DNA of 64,000 nt, from NCBI GenBank assembly GCA_016184225.1, contig JACPDA010000004.1, positions 208,372-272,371 on the forward strand, read 5' to 3'. The DNA comes from Candidatus Daviesbacteria bacterium (GTDB lineage: Bacteria; Patescibacteriota; Microgenomatia; Daviesbacterales; UBA10151). Positions 38,909 to 49,323 of the stretch are shown one piece after another. Position 1 is the stretch's first letter. The number at the start of each line of letters is the position of its first letter. A program made the position numbers and the translations under genes. Below the pieces are notes generated by a model that had not been told where the DNA came from, did not search any database, and saw nothing but the letters and a program-made list of their open reading frames with translations.

Positions 38909-39620
38909 GAAAAAAACATCAATTAAAAAGACTACTCGGGGTCCTGCCAAACGTTCATCTCTTTCTGTTCCTGTCTATTCCTTAGCAGGTAGAGCAAGCG
39001 GAACTTTAACTTTGCCAAAGGAAATTTTTGGGCAAAAGGTAAATAAAAAATTATTATCGCAAGCGCTGAGAGTTTATATTACTAACCAAAAGAGTCTGAA
39101 TGCTTCTACCAAAACCCGGGGTGAGGTAGAAGGCTCAACTGCCAAAATTTACAGACAAAAAGGGACCGGTAGGGCCAGACACGGAGCGATTAGGGCACCG
39201 ATTTTTGTGGGCGGAGGAATAGTTTTTGGCCCTAAGCCCCGAAAAGTAAGATTGGAGTTGCCACAAAGGATGAAAAAAGCCGCCCTTGTCTCGGCTTTTT
39301 CTGCCAAAATGAGTGACAAACAAGTAATAGGTTTATCGGGATTGGAAAAAGCTTCCGGCAAGACTAAGGAGATGAGTGGGTTAATGTCGTCAGTCGTCAG
39401 TCGTCAGTCGTCAGACAAGAAACAAAAACAGACAAGTGCCTTAATCATTACAGGAGAAAAACAAGACAATGTAGTTAGGGCTGTGAGAAATATCCCCGGA
39501 GTTGATATTTCGCCGGTTAATCTTATTAATGCTTATGAGGTAGTGAAGCACAGTTTGTTGCTTGTCACTAAAGAAGCGGTGGAAAAATTAAGCAAGCCAG
39601 CGATAAAGGAGCAAAAGTGA
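38895..39620 (+). CDS. rplD: 50S ribosomal protein L4
   Basis: [28 protein letters not shown]. Confidence 0.98.
   Translation: MPRIKKKTSIKKTTRGPAKRSSLSVPVYSLAGRASGTLTLPKEIFGQKVNKKLLSQALRVYITNQKSLNASTKTRGEVEGSTAKIYRQKGTGRARHGAIRAPIFVGGGIVFGPKPRKVRLELPQRMKKAALVSAFSAKMSDKQVIGLSGLEKASGKTKEMSGLMSSVVSRQSSDKKQKQTSALIITGEKQDNVVRAVRNIPGVDISPVNLINAYEVVKHSLLLVTKEAVEKLSKPAIKEQK
39386..39416 (+). repeat. Heptad arm (GTCGTCA)x4 in frame in rplD
   Basis: gtcgtca x4-gac ([10 protein letters not shown]). Confidence 0.85.
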
Positions 39621-40048
39621 TAGTCCTGAAAAGGCCAATTATAACTGAGAAGTCTATGAAACTGGCCCAAGGCGGCTTGTATGCTTTTGAGGTAGACAAA
39701 AACGCGACTAAACCTTTGATTGCGAGAGCAGTTGCTGAAAAGTTTAGTGTTAAGGTTTTGGAAGTGAAAGTGGTCAATGTTAAAGGGAAGATTAAACAGC
39801 AAAAAAGGGCGAGAAAAACTTATCAAACAGCAGGGTTTAAAAAAGCTTTAGTGCAGGTTAAAAAGGGCGAGAAAATTGCCATTTTTGAGACTCCGAAGGA
39901 AGAAGAGGTGACAGTGACAACTGCAGAAGGTGAGCCAATGAAGTTGAAGGAGAAGAAAGATCTTTTGGGCCGAACTAAAGTTAAAGTGGAAAGAAGTGCA
40001 GTAGGAGCAGCTCCGACAACTCAGCGAAAGGTAATAACAGGGAAATGA
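39617..40048 (+). CDS. rplW: 50S ribosomal protein L23 with C-terminal extension
   Basis: RPIITEKS, Y.FEVD..ATK, FKKALV. Confidence 0.95.
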   Translation: MIVLKRPIITEKSMKLAQGGLYAFEVDKNATKPLIARAVAEKFSVKVLEVKVVNVKGKIKQQKRARKTYQTAGFKKALVQVKKGEKIAIFETPKEEEVTVTTAEGEPMKLKEKKDLLGRTKVKVERSAVGAAPTTQRKVITGK

Positions 40049-40785
40049 GTAATTTAAAGACTTTGCTTAAAAAACATTCCGGAAGGTCCTCTGGCGGAAT
40101 GGTGACTGTCAGAAGCCAGGGCGGCAGGCATAAAAGATATTATAGGGAGATTGATTTTAAGAGGGATAAATTTGGGGTTTCCGGTGAGGTAGTAGCTTTA
40201 GAATATGATCCAAATAGGAACGTGCAGATTGCCTTGGTTAAATATACAGACGGGGAGTATAGGTATATTTTAGCCCCAAAAGGGTTAGGGGTAAAAGATA
40301 AAGTGGTATCAGGAGAAAAGATTGAATCTAAGATAGGTAATGCCATGAGGCTTAAAAATATTACAGTCGGGACACTAGTGCATAACGTAGAACTCTCGCC
40401 TGGTAAGGGCGGACAGATCGGTCGGAGTGCCGGAGTGGCTTTGCAGCTTTTGGCTAAAGAAGGCAGTTTTGCCCAGTTGAAAATGCCCTCAGGTGAGATT
40501 AGAATGGTGCCTCTTCAGTCTTTGGCGACAATCGGCAGTTTAGGGAATGAAGAAATAAGGCAACGGGTTATAGGAAAGGCCGGTAGGTCCCGCCATATGG
40601 GTATTAAGCCAAATGTTAGGGGTGTAGCCCAAGATCCTGATTCACATCCGCACGGCGGAGGAGAAGGCAGGTCTGGGATTGGACGTAAAACACCGATGAC
40701 CAAATACGGTCGGCCGGCTGTTGGTAAAACCAGAAATAGAAAGAAATGGACCAATAGATACATAATGAAAAGGAGAAAACCATAA
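40045..40785 (+). CDS. rplB: 50S ribosomal protein L2 (N-terminally short)
   Basis: [26 protein letters not shown]. Confidence 0.98.
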   Translation: MSNLKTLLKKHSGRSSGGMVTVRSQGGRHKRYYREIDFKRDKFGVSGEVVALEYDPNRNVQIALVKYTDGEYRYILAPKGLGVKDKVVSGEKIESKIGNAMRLKNITVGTLVHNVELSPGKGGQIGRSAGVALQLLAKEGSFAQLKMPSGEIRMVPLQSLATIGSLGNEEIRQRVIGKAGRSRHMGIKPNVRGVAQDPDSHPHGGGEGRSGIGRKTPMTKYGRPAVGKTRNRKKWTNRYIMKRRKP

Positions 40786-41066
40786 TGGGCAGGTCAACTA
40801 AAAAAGGTCCGTATATTGATGAAAAATTAATGAAAAAAGTGATGGCTCAAAAGACCGGTGCTAAAAACCCAATCAAAACTTGGGCCAGAAGGTCACAGAT
40901 CCCACCGGAATTTGTAGGACACACTTTTTTAGTCCACCAGGGCAAGAATTTTGTAACAGTGTTTGTGAGTGAGTCAATGGTTGGACATCGACTCGGGGAA
41001 TTTGCCCCAACAAGACTTTTTAGGAGCCATGGAAAGGTGACTGAGAAGAGTGTGGCCAAGACATAG
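40785..41066 (+). CDS. rpsS: 30S ribosomal protein S19
   Basis: [29 protein letters not shown]. Confidence 0.98.
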   Translation: MGRSTKKGPYIDEKLMKKVMAQKTGAKNPIKTWARRSQIPPEFVGHTFLVHQGKNFVTVFVSESMVGHRLGEFAPTRLFRSHGKVTEKSVAKT

Positions 41067-41072
41067 TTATTC

Positions 41073-41156
41073 GTCATTCCGAGGTCCGCCAAAGGCGGAC
41101 CGTGGGAATCTTGATTACAAGAAAGATTGCCACGTCGTTTCACTCCTCGCAATGAC
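41073..41156. repeat. REP-like palindromic element between rpsS and rplV
   Basis: GTCATTCCGAG...CTCGCAATGAC termini; internal GGTCCGCC-AAA-GGCGGACC and AATCTT/AAGATT. Confidence 0.8.
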
Positions 41157-41168
41157 AGGAAGAAAATT

Positions 41169-41585
41169 ATGGAAATAACAACTATACAAAAATACATACA
41201 TACCAGCCCCCGGAAACTGAGATTAGTGACGGATATGGTTCGTAACATGGAACCAGCCAGGGCTTTAGCTGTTTTGGGTTTAACTCCGAAAGTTGCTGCT
41301 AAAGATTTGGGGAAAGCATTGAAGACGGTTTTAGCCAATGCAAAACAGAGAGGCTTGGATACTTCCAAACTAACTTTTAAAAAGGTGGAGATAAACGAAA
41401 GCATAAAAATGCGCCGCTTCAGGGCAGGCACTAAAGGCAGGGTTAGGCCATATAAGAGAAGAATGAGCCATATAAAGATAGTTTTAAGTGATGGGTTGGA
41501 TCAAGAGTCTAGAGTCAAGAGTCTAGAGTCAAGTAAGAATACAGAACAATCCAAAGAAAAGAAAGGAGAAAAGTCTGACAGCTGA
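41169..41585 (+). CDS. rplV: 50S ribosomal protein L22 with repeat-encoded tail
   Basis: SPRKLRLVTDMVR, ANA, RFRAGTKGR, SHIKIVL. Confidence 0.96.
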   Translation: MEITTIQKYIHTSPRKLRLVTDMVRNMEPARALAVLGLTPKVAAKDLGKALKTVLANAKQRGLDTSKLTFKKVEINESIKMRRFRAGTKGRVRPYKRRMSHIKIVLSDGLDQESRVKSLESSKNTEQSKEKKGEKSDS

Positions 41586-41605
41586 AAGCTGAAGACTGAT
41601 AGCTA
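41501..41605 (+). repeat. Heptad arms at the rplV/rpsC junction
   Basis: tcaagag-tctagag-tcaagag-tctagag-tcaag (41501-41533); ctgacag-ctgaaag-ctgaaga-ctgatag-cta (41575-41605), 5 nt before the rpsC ATG. Confidence 0.85.
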
Positions 41606-41610
41606 ATTTC

Positions 41611-42252
41611 ATGGGACAAAAGATACATCCGGTAGGTTTCAGAATGGGCATTGGGGCGACCTGGAAGTCTCGTTGGTTTGCTAGTGGAGTAAAGTATCAA
41701 CAATACTTGGCCGAGGATTTAAAAATCCGTAATCTTCTGATGAAGAAATTGCGGCCAGCAGGCATTGGTTCTATAGAAATAGAAAGAGCGGTAAATAAAT
41801 TAAAAGTAATAATCTATGTTTCTCGTCCGGGAGTTCTAATCGGACGCGGAGGGAGTGGTTTAACTGAAGTTAAAAAGTTTCTAATGAAGGAGCTTAAGAT
41901 TAAAGATGAGAATAGTTTAGAGATTGCCCCAATGGAATTAAAATCGGCTGACCTTTCAGCTTATCTTATTGCTCAATCTGTGGCAGAACAGCTTGCTCGT
42001 AGGCTTCCTGCACAAAGAGTAATGAATCAGGTAATCGAGAGGGCAATGAGGGCAGGCGCAAAAGGAGTAAGAATTGTTTTGTCCGGTAGGATTGGCGGAG
42101 CTGAAATTGCCAGGCGCGAGTGGAAGGCTGCCGGTACCATGCCTTTACATACGCTTCGGGCCGATATAGACTTTGTTGTTTATCCGGCACTTACAAAATC
42201 CGGGTATGTTGGGGTGAAGGTGTGGATTAACAAAGGAGAGGTAGAAATATAG
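41611..42252 (+). CDS. rpsC: 30S ribosomal protein S3
   Basis: MGQKIHPVGFR, RPGVLIGRGG, SGRIGGAEIAR, PLHTLRADID. Confidence 0.99.
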   Translation: MGQKIHPVGFRMGIGATWKSRWFASGVKYQQYLAEDLKIRNLLMKKLRPAGIGSIEIERAVNKLKVIIYVSRPGVLIGRGGSGLTEVKKFLMKELKIKDENSLEIAPMELKSADLSAYLIAQSVAEQLARRLPAQRVMNQVIERAMRAGAKGVRIVLSGRIGGAEIARREWKAAGTMPLHTLRADIDFVVYPALTKSGYVGVKVWINKGEVEI

Positions 42253-42314
42253 TGCAAAGTGCAAAGGGAAAAGTGCAAAGTCAAAAAAAGACTTAGCACT
42301 TAGCACTATTCACT
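42251..42314 (+). repeat. Empty heptad hairpin (AGTGCAA family) before rplP
   Basis: agtgcaa-agtgcaa-agggaaa-agtgcaa-agtc [A7 loop] gact-tagcact-tagcact-attcact. Confidence 0.9.
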
Positions 42315-42328
42315 AATTACTAATTATT

Positions 42329-42739
42329 ATGGCATTACTGCAACCAAAAAGAATGAAACATAGAAAAGCCTTTAAGGGTAAAAGAGGCGGGGTAGCAACA
42401 CGGGGTAATAGTTTATCTTTTGGATCTTTTGGGCTAAAAGCTATGGAAGCAAGTTTTATTTCTGCAAGACAACTGGAGGCGGCAAGGCGGGCCATGGCCC
42501 ATTTTACCCAAAGAGGCGGACGTATTTGGATCAGGGTTTTTCCTGATAAGCCAATCACCAAACACCCGGCTGAGAGCCGGATGGGTTCAGGTAAAGGAGA
42601 TGTGGAGGGGTATGTGGCGGTAGTAAAACCCGGACAATTAATTTTTGAAATGGGAGCAGTATCTAAATTAATAGCAGAGGAAGCACTTAGGCTAGCTGCC
42701 CATAAGCTGCCGGTTGGTACTAAGTTTGTGGAGAAATAG
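42329..42739 (+). CDS. rplP: 50S ribosomal protein L16
   Basis: [26 protein letters not shown]. Confidence 0.99.
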   Translation: MALLQPKRMKHRKAFKGKRGGVATRGNSLSFGSFGLKAMEASFISARQLEAARRAMAHFTQRGGRIWIRVFPDKPITKHPAESRMGSGKGDVEGYVAVVKPGQLIFEMGAVSKLIAEEALRLAAHKLPVGTKFVEK

Positions 42740-42743
42740 ATTT

Positions 42744-43016
42744 ATGAAAAAACAAGAATTTATACAGATTAAAGGATTAGATTTAAAAGAACTTAATATT
42801 AAAGCGAAGGCTTTAAAAGATGAAATCGCAAGTCTGACTCTGGATAAAAATATGAAAAAATTAAAGGATTTTAAAATGGTTTCAAAAAAGAAAAAAGAGT
42901 TGGCCCAAATCTTGACTGTTATTAGACAGAAAGAACTTTTGGGACAGTTGGAATCGCAGGTAAAACACAAAGAGTCTAATGAAGAAGTATCAAAAGTAAA
43001 AAAGGAGAAAAAATAA
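42744..43016 (+). CDS. rpmC: 50S ribosomal protein L29
   Basis: Position between rplP and rpsQ; KKELAQILTV. Confidence 0.88.
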   Translation: MKKQEFIQIKGLDLKELNIKAKALKDEIASLTLDKNMKKLKDFKMVSKKKKELAQILTVIRQKELLGQLESQVKHKESNEEVSKVKKEKK

Positions 43017-43406
43017 ATGATTGGTAGAGTTGTTTCAACAAAAATGAATAATACGGCAACGGTTTTGGTAGAAAGAGAAGCAAGGAATCCTTTATACAAA
43101 AAAACTTATGTTCAGACTAAGAAGTATTTGGTGGATACGATAGTTACGGTGAAAGATGGAGACATGGTGGAGATTGTAAAGGTAAGACCGGTTTCTAAAA
43201 ATAAACACTGGAAGGTTGTTAAAGTGGTAGGGAAAGATTTGGAGGCAATCACTGAGGAGAAATTGAAGGCCGCAGCGGAGCAGACGATTGCCGAAGTGAT
43301 GCCGGAGGAGAAAGAAGAGTCTAGAGTCGAGAATCAAGAGTCAAGTAAAGAAGTATCAAAAAAAGAAAAAGTATCAAAAGCAAGAAAGGAGAAAACTAGT
43401 CACTAG
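43017..43406 (+). CDS. rpsQ: 30S ribosomal protein S17 with tail
   Basis: GRVVSTKM..TATV, P.YKK, GD.VEI...RPVSKNKHW. Confidence 0.96.
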   Translation: MIGRVVSTKMNNTATVLVEREARNPLYKKTYVQTKKYLVDTIVTVKDGDMVEIVKVRPVSKNKHWKVVKVVGKDLEAITEEKLKAAAEQTIAEVMPEEKEESRVENQESSKEVSKKEKVSKARKEKTSH

Positions 43407-43426
43407 ACTCTAGCGACTAGACACTA
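43315..43426 (+). repeat. Heptad arms (TAGAGTC family) at the rpsQ/rplN junction
   Basis: aagagtc-tagagtc-gagaatc-aagagtc-aag ... actagtc-actagac-tctagcg-actagac-acta, 4 nt before the rplN ATG. Confidence 0.85.
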
Positions 43427-43430
43427 ACTA

Positions 43431-43799
43431 ATGGTACAGCACAGATCAAGACTGACAGTTGCAGACAACAGCGGTGCCAAATCAATTATGGTGATTCAAC
43501 CTTTGGGGGGTTCGGGTAAAAGAAAGGCCAGTTTAGGACAATTGGTTGTGGCGGTTGTCAAAGGAGCGGATCCAAATGGACAGGTGAAAAATCACGAAAT
43601 AATAAAAGTTGTGATCGTCCGGACTAAAAAAGAGGTCAGGCGCGATGATGGTTCATACATTAAATTTGATGATAATGCCGGAGTGGTAGTAGATAATGAT
43701 GGGAACTTGCGGGCCACCCGTATTTTTGGCCCGATTGCCAGAGAAATTAGGGATGCCGGATATACGAAAATTATTTCTTTAGCACAGGAGGTTTGGTAG
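43431..43799 (+). CDS. rplN: 50S ribosomal protein L14
   Basis: VADNSGAK, IKFDDNA, TRIFGPIARE. Confidence 0.99.
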   Translation: MVQHRSRLTVADNSGAKSIMVIQPLGGSGKRKASLGQLVVAVVKGADPNGQVKNHEIIKVVIVRTKKEVRRDDGSYIKFDDNAGVVVDNDGNLRATRIFGPIAREIRDAGYTKIISLAQEVW

Positions 43800-43815
43800 T
43801 TCGACTACGCTCACT

Positions 43816-44136
43816 ATGAAAATTAAAAAGGGAGACAAAGTGAAGGTGTTGCTTGGTAAAGACAGAGGCAAAGAAGGCAAGGTAGTGTTTGTCTTGGCTA
43901 AGGCTGGCAAGGTATTCGTTGAGGGAGCTAATCTTTATAAGAGGCATGTTAAAAAGCAAGGGCAGATGGAGGGCGGGATTATTGACATCCCCAAACCATT
44001 TAATGTTTCTAATGTAGCGTTGATATGCTCTAATTGTAAAAAGGTTGCCCGAATAGGTTATATGATGGCTGGAAATGAGAAAATGAGAATTTGTCGAAAG
44101 TGCAAAAAGGAGATCAAAACAGATGCAAAGGCTTAA
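43816..44136 (+). CDS. rplX: 50S ribosomal protein L24
   Basis: KIKKGDKV.V..GKDRGKEG, SNVAL; CxxC pairs. Confidence 0.97.
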   Translation: MKIKKGDKVKVLLGKDRGKEGKVVFVLAKAGKVFVEGANLYKRHVKKQGQMEGGIIDIPKPFNVSNVALICSNCKKVARIGYMMAGNEKMRICRKCKKEIKTDAKA

Positions 44137-44680
44137 AGAAAAATATATGAACGAAGTACGACAGAAGTTGCAGGGGAGCTTGCAGTTAAAAAATAAACTA
44201 GCAGTTCCGCGCCTTAAAAAAATTGTGATCAGTATTGGTTTGGGTGAGGCAAAGGATAACGCCGGTATCTTGGATAAAGTAAAAGTTTATTTTACCCAGC
44301 TTGGAGGGCAAGTCCCTGTTGTCACAAAGGCTAAAAAATCTATTGCCTCTTTTAAAGTTAGTAAGGGTCAACCTATTGGGATGATGATGACTTTAAGAGG
44401 TGAGAGAATGTATGCCTTTTTGGACAAGTTAATTAATATAGCTTTACCGAAGGTGAGGGATTTTAGAGGAATATCTCAAGACTCCTTTGACGCTCAAGGA
44501 AATTTAAATATTGGTTTGAAGGAACAAACTATTTTTCCGGAGGTTGATTACAAGAGTGTGGACAAAACCAGGGGTTTGGCAGTAACTATTACAACGAGTG
44601 CAAGAAATAGGGGCGGTCACACCGCTAAAGAGGAAGGAAAGGAATTATTAGGAGCCTTAGGGTTTCCTTTTAGGAGTTAA
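44123..44680 (+). CDS. rplE: 50S ribosomal protein L5
   Basis: PRLKKIV, AKKSIASFK, LPKVRDFRG, EQTIFPEV. Confidence 0.98.
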   Translation: MQRLKEKYMNEVRQKLQGSLQLKNKLAVPRLKKIVISIGLGEAKDNAGILDKVKVYFTQLGGQVPVVTKAKKSIASFKVSKGQPIGMMMTLRGERMYAFLDKLINIALPKVRDFRGISQDSFDAQGNLNIGLKEQTIFPEVDYKSVDKTRGLAVTITTSARNRGGHTAKEEGKELLGALGFPFRS

Positions 44681-44683
44681 ATT

Positions 44684-44863
44684 ATGGCTAAGGTGAGTAA
44701 TATTGTCAAGAAAAAGTTTAAATATGAAGTTCAACAGAAAAACCGTTGTATGAAGTGTGGTCGGTCTCGGGCATATCTTAGTAAATTTGGTTTGTGTAGA
44801 CTTTGTTTTAGAGAATTAGCACATCTGGGGTTACTCCCGGGAGTGAAGAAAGCGAGTTGGTAA
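44684..44863 (+). CDS. rpsN: 30S ribosomal protein S14, zinc-binding type (not in ORF track)
   Basis: Manual translation [59 protein letters not shown]. Confidence 0.97.
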   Translation: MAKVSNIVKKKFKYEVQQKNRCMKCGRSRAYLSKFGLCRLCFRELAHLGLLPGVKKASW

Positions 44864-44865
44864 TT

Positions 44866-45240
44866 ATGGACCCTGTGGGTGACGCATTAATCAGATTAAA
44901 AAACGGTTATTCGGTTGGCAAGGTCGAAGTTTACTTGAATTTTTCTAAACTGGTTTGGAACCTTGTCAAGTTACTACAAAAGGAAGGATATCTCTCCGAA
45001 GTTAAACAGGATAAAAGAGAAATAATACTTACACTAAAATATAATTCCAGGATTCCGGTTTTAACTGATGTTAAGAGAGTCTCGAAGCCCTCTCTCAGGG
45101 TTTACAAAGGGGTTAAAGATTTACCATGGGTTTTGAATGGGTTAGGCGTAGCTGTTATTTCAACACCTAAAGGCTTGATGACTGACAAGCAGGCACGTAA
45201 ACTCAAAGTAGGAGGGGAGGTCCTGGCATTAGTCTGGTAA
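44866..45240 (+). CDS. rpsH: 30S ribosomal protein S8
   Basis: MDPVGDALIRLKN, RVSKPSLRVY, ISTPKGLMT, VGGEVL. Confidence 0.98.
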   Translation: MDPVGDALIRLKNGYSVGKVEVYLNFSKLVWNLVKLLQKEGYLSEVKQDKREIILTLKYNSRIPVLTDVKRVSKPSLRVYKGVKDLPWVLNGLGVAVISTPKGLMTDKQARKLKVGGEVLALVW

Positions 45241-45246
45241 AAATCT

Positions 45247-45816
45247 ATGTCTAGAATTGGAAATGCACCGATCATAATACCTACAGGAGTAACAGTTGAA
45301 AAAGACGGTAAGACAGTCAGCGTAACAGGGCCAAAGGGAATTTTGAAACTTGAGGTGGACCCGAGTATTTCAGTAGAGATTGAGGGTGGTCAAGTTATTA
45401 TTAAAAGGAAAAATGATGAGAAAAAAATTAGGGCATTACATGGTTTAACCAGAAGCCTGCTTGCCAATATGGTAGTGGGGGTGACTAATTCCTGGAGTAA
45501 AGATTTGGAACTGATAGGAGTAGGGTTTCGAGCACAGGTTAGCGGAGAAAAGATGATCTTAAACGTTGGATATTCTCACCCGGTGGAAATTACCGCACCG
45601 GCCGGAATAAGTTTTGAGGTTTCGGATAATACTAAGATTAAAGTAATGGGAATAGATAAACAGCTGGTTGGTCAAACTGCTGCCAATATTAAGAAAGTCA
45701 GAGTCCCTGATGTTTATAAGGGTAAAGGAATAAGATATGAGGGCGAGTATATCAGAAAGAAAGTCGGGAAAAGTGCAAAAGTAGGAGTTGCAGCGGGAGG
45801 TGCAGGAGGAAAGTAG
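45247..45816 (+). CDS. rplF: 50S ribosomal protein L6
   Basis: MSRIG, GVGFRA, GYSHP, PDVYKGKGIRY. Confidence 0.99.
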   Translation: MSRIGNAPIIIPTGVTVEKDGKTVSVTGPKGILKLEVDPSISVEIEGGQVIIKRKNDEKKIRALHGLTRSLLANMVVGVTNSWSKDLELIGVGFRAQVSGEKMILNVGYSHPVEITAPAGISFEVSDNTKIKVMGIDKQLVGQTAANIKKVRVPDVYKGKGIRYEGEYIRKKVGKSAKVGVAAGGAGGK

Positions 45817-45828
45817 GTATAGAGTATT

Positions 45829-46161
45829 ATGTATAAAGCATCAAGGGTAAGCAAACATCAAAAAATTAGAAAGAAGATCATTGGAACTAAAGACAAACCT
45901 AGGCTGGCGGTGTTTCGTTCTGGACAACACATCTATGCTCAGATTATTGATGATAGTCAAAGTAAGACTTTGGTTGCAGCTTCTGACCTAAAAGAAAATG
46001 GTACCAAAAAAGAAAGGGCATTAAAAGTGGGTAAAAGCTTGGCAGAAAGGGCATTAAAGCATAAAATAACAGTAGTTGTTTTTGACAGGGGTGGCTTTCT
46101 GTATCAAGGCAGGATAGCAGAAATTGCTAAAGGAGCCAGGGAAGGAGGACTGAAATTTTAA
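45829..46161 (+). CDS. rplR: 50S ribosomal protein L18
   Basis: [34 protein letters not shown]. Confidence 0.98.
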   Translation: MYKASRVSKHQKIRKKIIGTKDKPRLAVFRSGQHIYAQIIDDSQSKTLVAASDLKENGTKKERALKVGKSLAERALKHKITVVVFDRGGFLYQGRIAEIAKGAREGGLKF

Positions 46162-46664
46162 TGAATCCAGAAGTTCCGCAAGAAGAATACTTTGAAAGAG
46201 TAGTACAAGTTAACAGAGTTTCAAAGAAAACTAAAGGTGGTGATAAAAGATCTTTGTCTGTGTTGGTAGTAGTGGGGGATAAAAAAGGCAAAGTGGGAGT
46301 GGGACTAGGTAAAGCGGCTGAAGTTCAATCCGCAGTGAGAAAAGCAACCAGTTATGCAAAAAAGCACTTAATAGAAGTTTCCTTAAAAGGAAGAACTATA
46401 CCACATCCAATTTTGGTGAAAAACGGAGCAGCCAAGGTGCTTCTTAAGCCGGCTCCTGTTGGTACAGGAGTAATTGCCGGAGGAGCAGTTAGGGTGGTAG
46501 TAGAAGCGGCAGGTATCCACGATATTGTTTCTAAAATCCTGGGTACTAAAAATCAGGCTTCGAATGTTTATGCCACTCTTGAGGCGCTGGGGAAACTCAA
46601 GAAGATAGAGTCGAGAGTCGAGAGTCAAGAGTCTAGACAGCAAGGCAAAAAGACTGGTTCCTAG
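46161..46664 (+). CDS. rpsE: 30S ribosomal protein S5
   Basis: [31 protein letters not shown]. Confidence 0.98.
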   Translation: MNPEVPQEEYFERVVQVNRVSKKTKGGDKRSLSVLVVVGDKKGKVGVGLGKAAEVQSAVRKATSYAKKHLIEVSLKGRTIPHPILVKNGAAKVLLKPAPVGTGVIAGGAVRVVVEAAGIHDIVSKILGTKNQASNVYATLEALGKLKKIESRVESQESRQQGKKTGS

Positions 46665-46691
46665 ATTCTAGACTCTAGCGACTAGCCACTA
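46606..46691 (+). repeat. Heptad arms (TAGAGTC family) at the rpsE/rplO junction
   Basis: tagagtc-gagagtc-gagagtc-aagagtc-tag ... actggtt-cctagat-tctagac-tctagcg-actagcc-acta, 4 nt before the ATG. Confidence 0.85.
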
Positions 46692-46695
46692 TTAT

Positions 46696-47130
46696 ATGAA
46701 ACTGCATGAATTATTAAAAGTTAAGACTAGATCTAAAAAAAGACTTGGACGTGGTTTAGGTTCTGGTAAAGGTAAGACTGGAGGAAGAGGTACCAAAGGT
46801 CAGAAAGCAAGAGGTACCATCCCCGTTACTTTTACTGGGAATCTTCCTCTCTACAAAAAATTACCTTTGAGGAGAGGGAAAGGTAATCCCAAAGGCTCCA
46901 CGAAACTTAAACTAATTAATATCAGCAAATTAAAGGCTTTTAAAGCAAAAGAAGTTGTGGATATAGGTAAACTACAAGAGACAAAGATTATTTCTAAAAG
47001 GGAAGCAAAAAGGGGTGTCAAAATTTTAGGAAAAGGAGAAATAAATCAAGTTTTAACTATTAAACTTCCTATGTCGGATTCTGCCCGTAAGAAAATTGAA
47101 AAGGCGGGTGGGAAGGCGATAGATGTCTAA
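46696..47130 (+). CDS. rplO: 50S ribosomal protein L15
   Basis: [38 protein letters not shown]. Confidence 0.98.
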   Translation: MKLHELLKVKTRSKKRLGRGLGSGKGKTGGRGTKGQKARGTIPVTFTGNLPLYKKLPLRRGKGNPKGSTKLKLINISKLKAFKAKEVVDIGKLQETKIISKREAKRGVKILGKGEINQVLTIKLPMSDSARKKIEKAGGKAIDV

Positions 47131-48418
47131 CATATTATCCCCAATTATTAATGCTTTTAAGATAGCCGAGCTGAGAAGAAAAATCCTTATCACGACAATT
47201 TTGGTAATAATTTTTAGAATTACCGCCCATATCCCTGTTTCTGGAGTAGATTTGGCAGGACTTCAACAACTTTTCTCATCCAATCAATTTTTGGGACTTT
47301 TGGATATTTTCTCAGGAGGAACTCTTGCTAATTTTTCTATTATTTCTTTGGGCCTTAATCCTTACATTAATGCTTCTATAATATTCCAGCTTCTAACTAT
47401 GATCAGTCCGAAACTGGAAGCCCTCTCTAAAGAAGGCGAGATGGGGAGGCAAATAATCAATCAATATACAAGATATTTAACTGTGCCGCTTGCGCTTTTG
47501 CAAGCAATAGGTATGTTTGTGCTGCTTAAAAATCAAGGGATCATTACTCAAATTAATCCTCTTCAGATTGCCTCAATTATTGTAGGTATGACTGCAGGAA
47601 CCATTTTCTTAATGTGGATTGGAGAGCTGATTACAGAGTATGGCATTGGTAATGGGATATCACTTTTAATTTTTGCAGGAATTGTTTCGAGGGTCCCTGT
47701 TGTTTTAACACAAACAGCTTCAGTTGTAGATCAAACACAACTGATAAATATTATCATCTTTACAGTACTATCGATTTTAGTAGTGGCGGGAGTAGTTTTC
47801 ATTAACGAAGGAAGAAGACAGATTACTGTCCAGTATGCAAGAAGATTCACAGGAGGGAGAGTGGGGGGAACGGGTGCCCAGACTTATCTGCCGCTGCGGG
47901 TTAACCAAGCTGGAGTAATTCCGATTATTTTTGCGGTCTCTTTAGTGTTGGTTCCATCTTTTGCAGGGTCGTATCTGGCAGGTTTACCTCAACCACAACT
48001 TGCTTCTCTAGGCAAAATTTTGGCCACAAATTTTAATCCCGGAAGCTTAGTCTATAATTTAGTATATTTTCTCCTGGTGGTAGGTTTTACCTTTTTCTAT
48101 ACGGCCGTGATTTTTAACCCTACAAAAGTAGCCGATGAAATTAAAAAATACGGAGGATTTATCCCGGGGATACGACCGGGTACCCAGAGTGCCTCTTTCT
48201 TAAATTATATTATGGTGAGAATTACTCTGGCAGGGGCCATATTTTTAGGTGCCATTGCAGTTTTACCTTCAATTGCATCTTCCCTGACAGGAATCCAAAC
48301 TTTAGTTTTGGGAGGAACAGGTCTTCTAATCGTTGTTTCAGTGATCTTAGATACGGCTAAACAATTTGAGAGTAAGTTAATTGAAAGAAGTTATGAAGTG
48401 TTTGCAAGAAGAGGCTAA
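47123..48418 (+). CDS. secY: Preprotein translocase SecY
   Basis: [48 protein letters not shown]. Confidence 0.99.
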   Translation: MSNILSPIINAFKIAELRRKILITTILVIIFRITAHIPVSGVDLAGLQQLFSSNQFLGLLDIFSGGTLANFSIISLGLNPYINASIIFQLLTMISPKLEALSKEGEMGRQIINQYTRYLTVPLALLQAIGMFVLLKNQGIITQINPLQIASIIVGMTAGTIFLMWIGELITEYGIGNGISLLIFAGIVSRVPVVLTQTASVVDQTQLINIIIFTVLSILVVAGVVFINEGRRQITVQYARRFTGGRVGGTGAQTYLPLRVNQAGVIPIIFAVSLVLVPSFAGSYLAGLPQPQLASLGKILATNFNPGSLVYNLVYFLLVVGFTFFYTAVIFNPTKVADEIKKYGGFIPGIRPGTQSASFLNYIMVRITLAGAIFLGAIAVLPSIASSLTGIQTLVLGGTGLLIVVSVILDTAKQFESKLIERSYEVFARRG

Positions 48419-48452
48419 ATGGAAGTCTAATGCATATAGTATAATTTAGTAT

Positions 48453-49100
48453 ATGGAAACAGTTCCACCTCCTAACATTGAAACTCTGAAACAACCTACA
48501 AAGGCACAACTCTTTGAACATCTATTCCCGGGAAACAAATTTAAGGATCTATCTCCTTTTAATCCGCTCAATATACCGAGTATATTAAGGTGGATTTATT
48601 TTAAAGATAGGGTTATAGATATTAGCAAAGCGTTTCATGTTCAACAAGGATATGCGGATAGGTCTGATTTTCAGCACCTCGATCAATTATCAGTTGCACT
48701 TGAATTTTTAAATCCGATTGCTATTGTGAAAGAGAATCCTTTAAGATTCAAAGGGTGGGTCGCTGACTTATTAAAAGATGGAGAACAACTGGGAGGGCTC
48801 GCAGTTCAACAATACCAGTATGTACCTCAAGAAAGACTTGATGCATATGCGCGCAGTACTTTAGAGCCTAAAGCATTTGTTGATTGGGTCAAGCATGGAT
48901 TTAGAAACTCAGATGAGGCGGAAGAATATTTAAGAAGCTTTTATGAGTCTGTATCTGTAAAAGTTATTGGTATTTTAGGATCTGATGGGAAACCAAATGG
49001 GTTAATTAGATTCATTGAGGGTCCGAGACCAAGAAATGGAGAAAGGGTAAAAAGCCCGAGCCTAGTCGGTAACTTGGTTGCTACGAGCGTGAAAATATAA
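48453..49100 (+). CDS. Hypothetical protein between secY and adk
   Basis: 215-aa ORF; TATAAT 7 nt upstream of the ATG. Confidence 0.7.
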   Translation: METVPPPNIETLKQPTKAQLFEHLFPGNKFKDLSPFNPLNIPSILRWIYFKDRVIDISKAFHVQQGYADRSDFQHLDQLSVALEFLNPIAIVKENPLRFKGWVADLLKDGEQLGGLAVQQYQYVPQERLDAYARSTLEPKAFVDWVKHGFRNSDEAEEYLRSFYESVSVKVIGILGSDGKPNGLIRFIEGPRPRNGERVKSPSLVGNLVATSVKI

Positions 49101-49150
49101 TCCCCATTTCAGACAAATATATAACGCCGTGGTATAAATGTCTTTTAAAC

Positions 49151-49285
49151 TTAAGCGCCGGTGGTTGATTTGCCGTCTTGCCTGACTCTTCTGACCATTT
49201 CTGACAAGTTCATCCCTAGACGAATTTTCTGATCACCGGACATTTGAGAATATCTTTTTAAGATGAAAGAAATTAGCTTTTTCAT
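49151..49285 (-). CDS. Small hypothetical protein (44 aa)
   Basis: MKKLISFILKRYSQMSGDQKIRLGMNLSEMVRR..; TGnTAACAT 7 nt upstream of the ATG; divergent from adk. Confidence 0.5.
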   Translation of the reverse strand: MKKLISFILKRYSQMSGDQKIRLGMNLSEMVRRVRQDGKSTTGA

Positions 49286-49323
49286 GCTTCCTATGTTAGC
49301 ACAACTCCTGATATAATGGCAGA

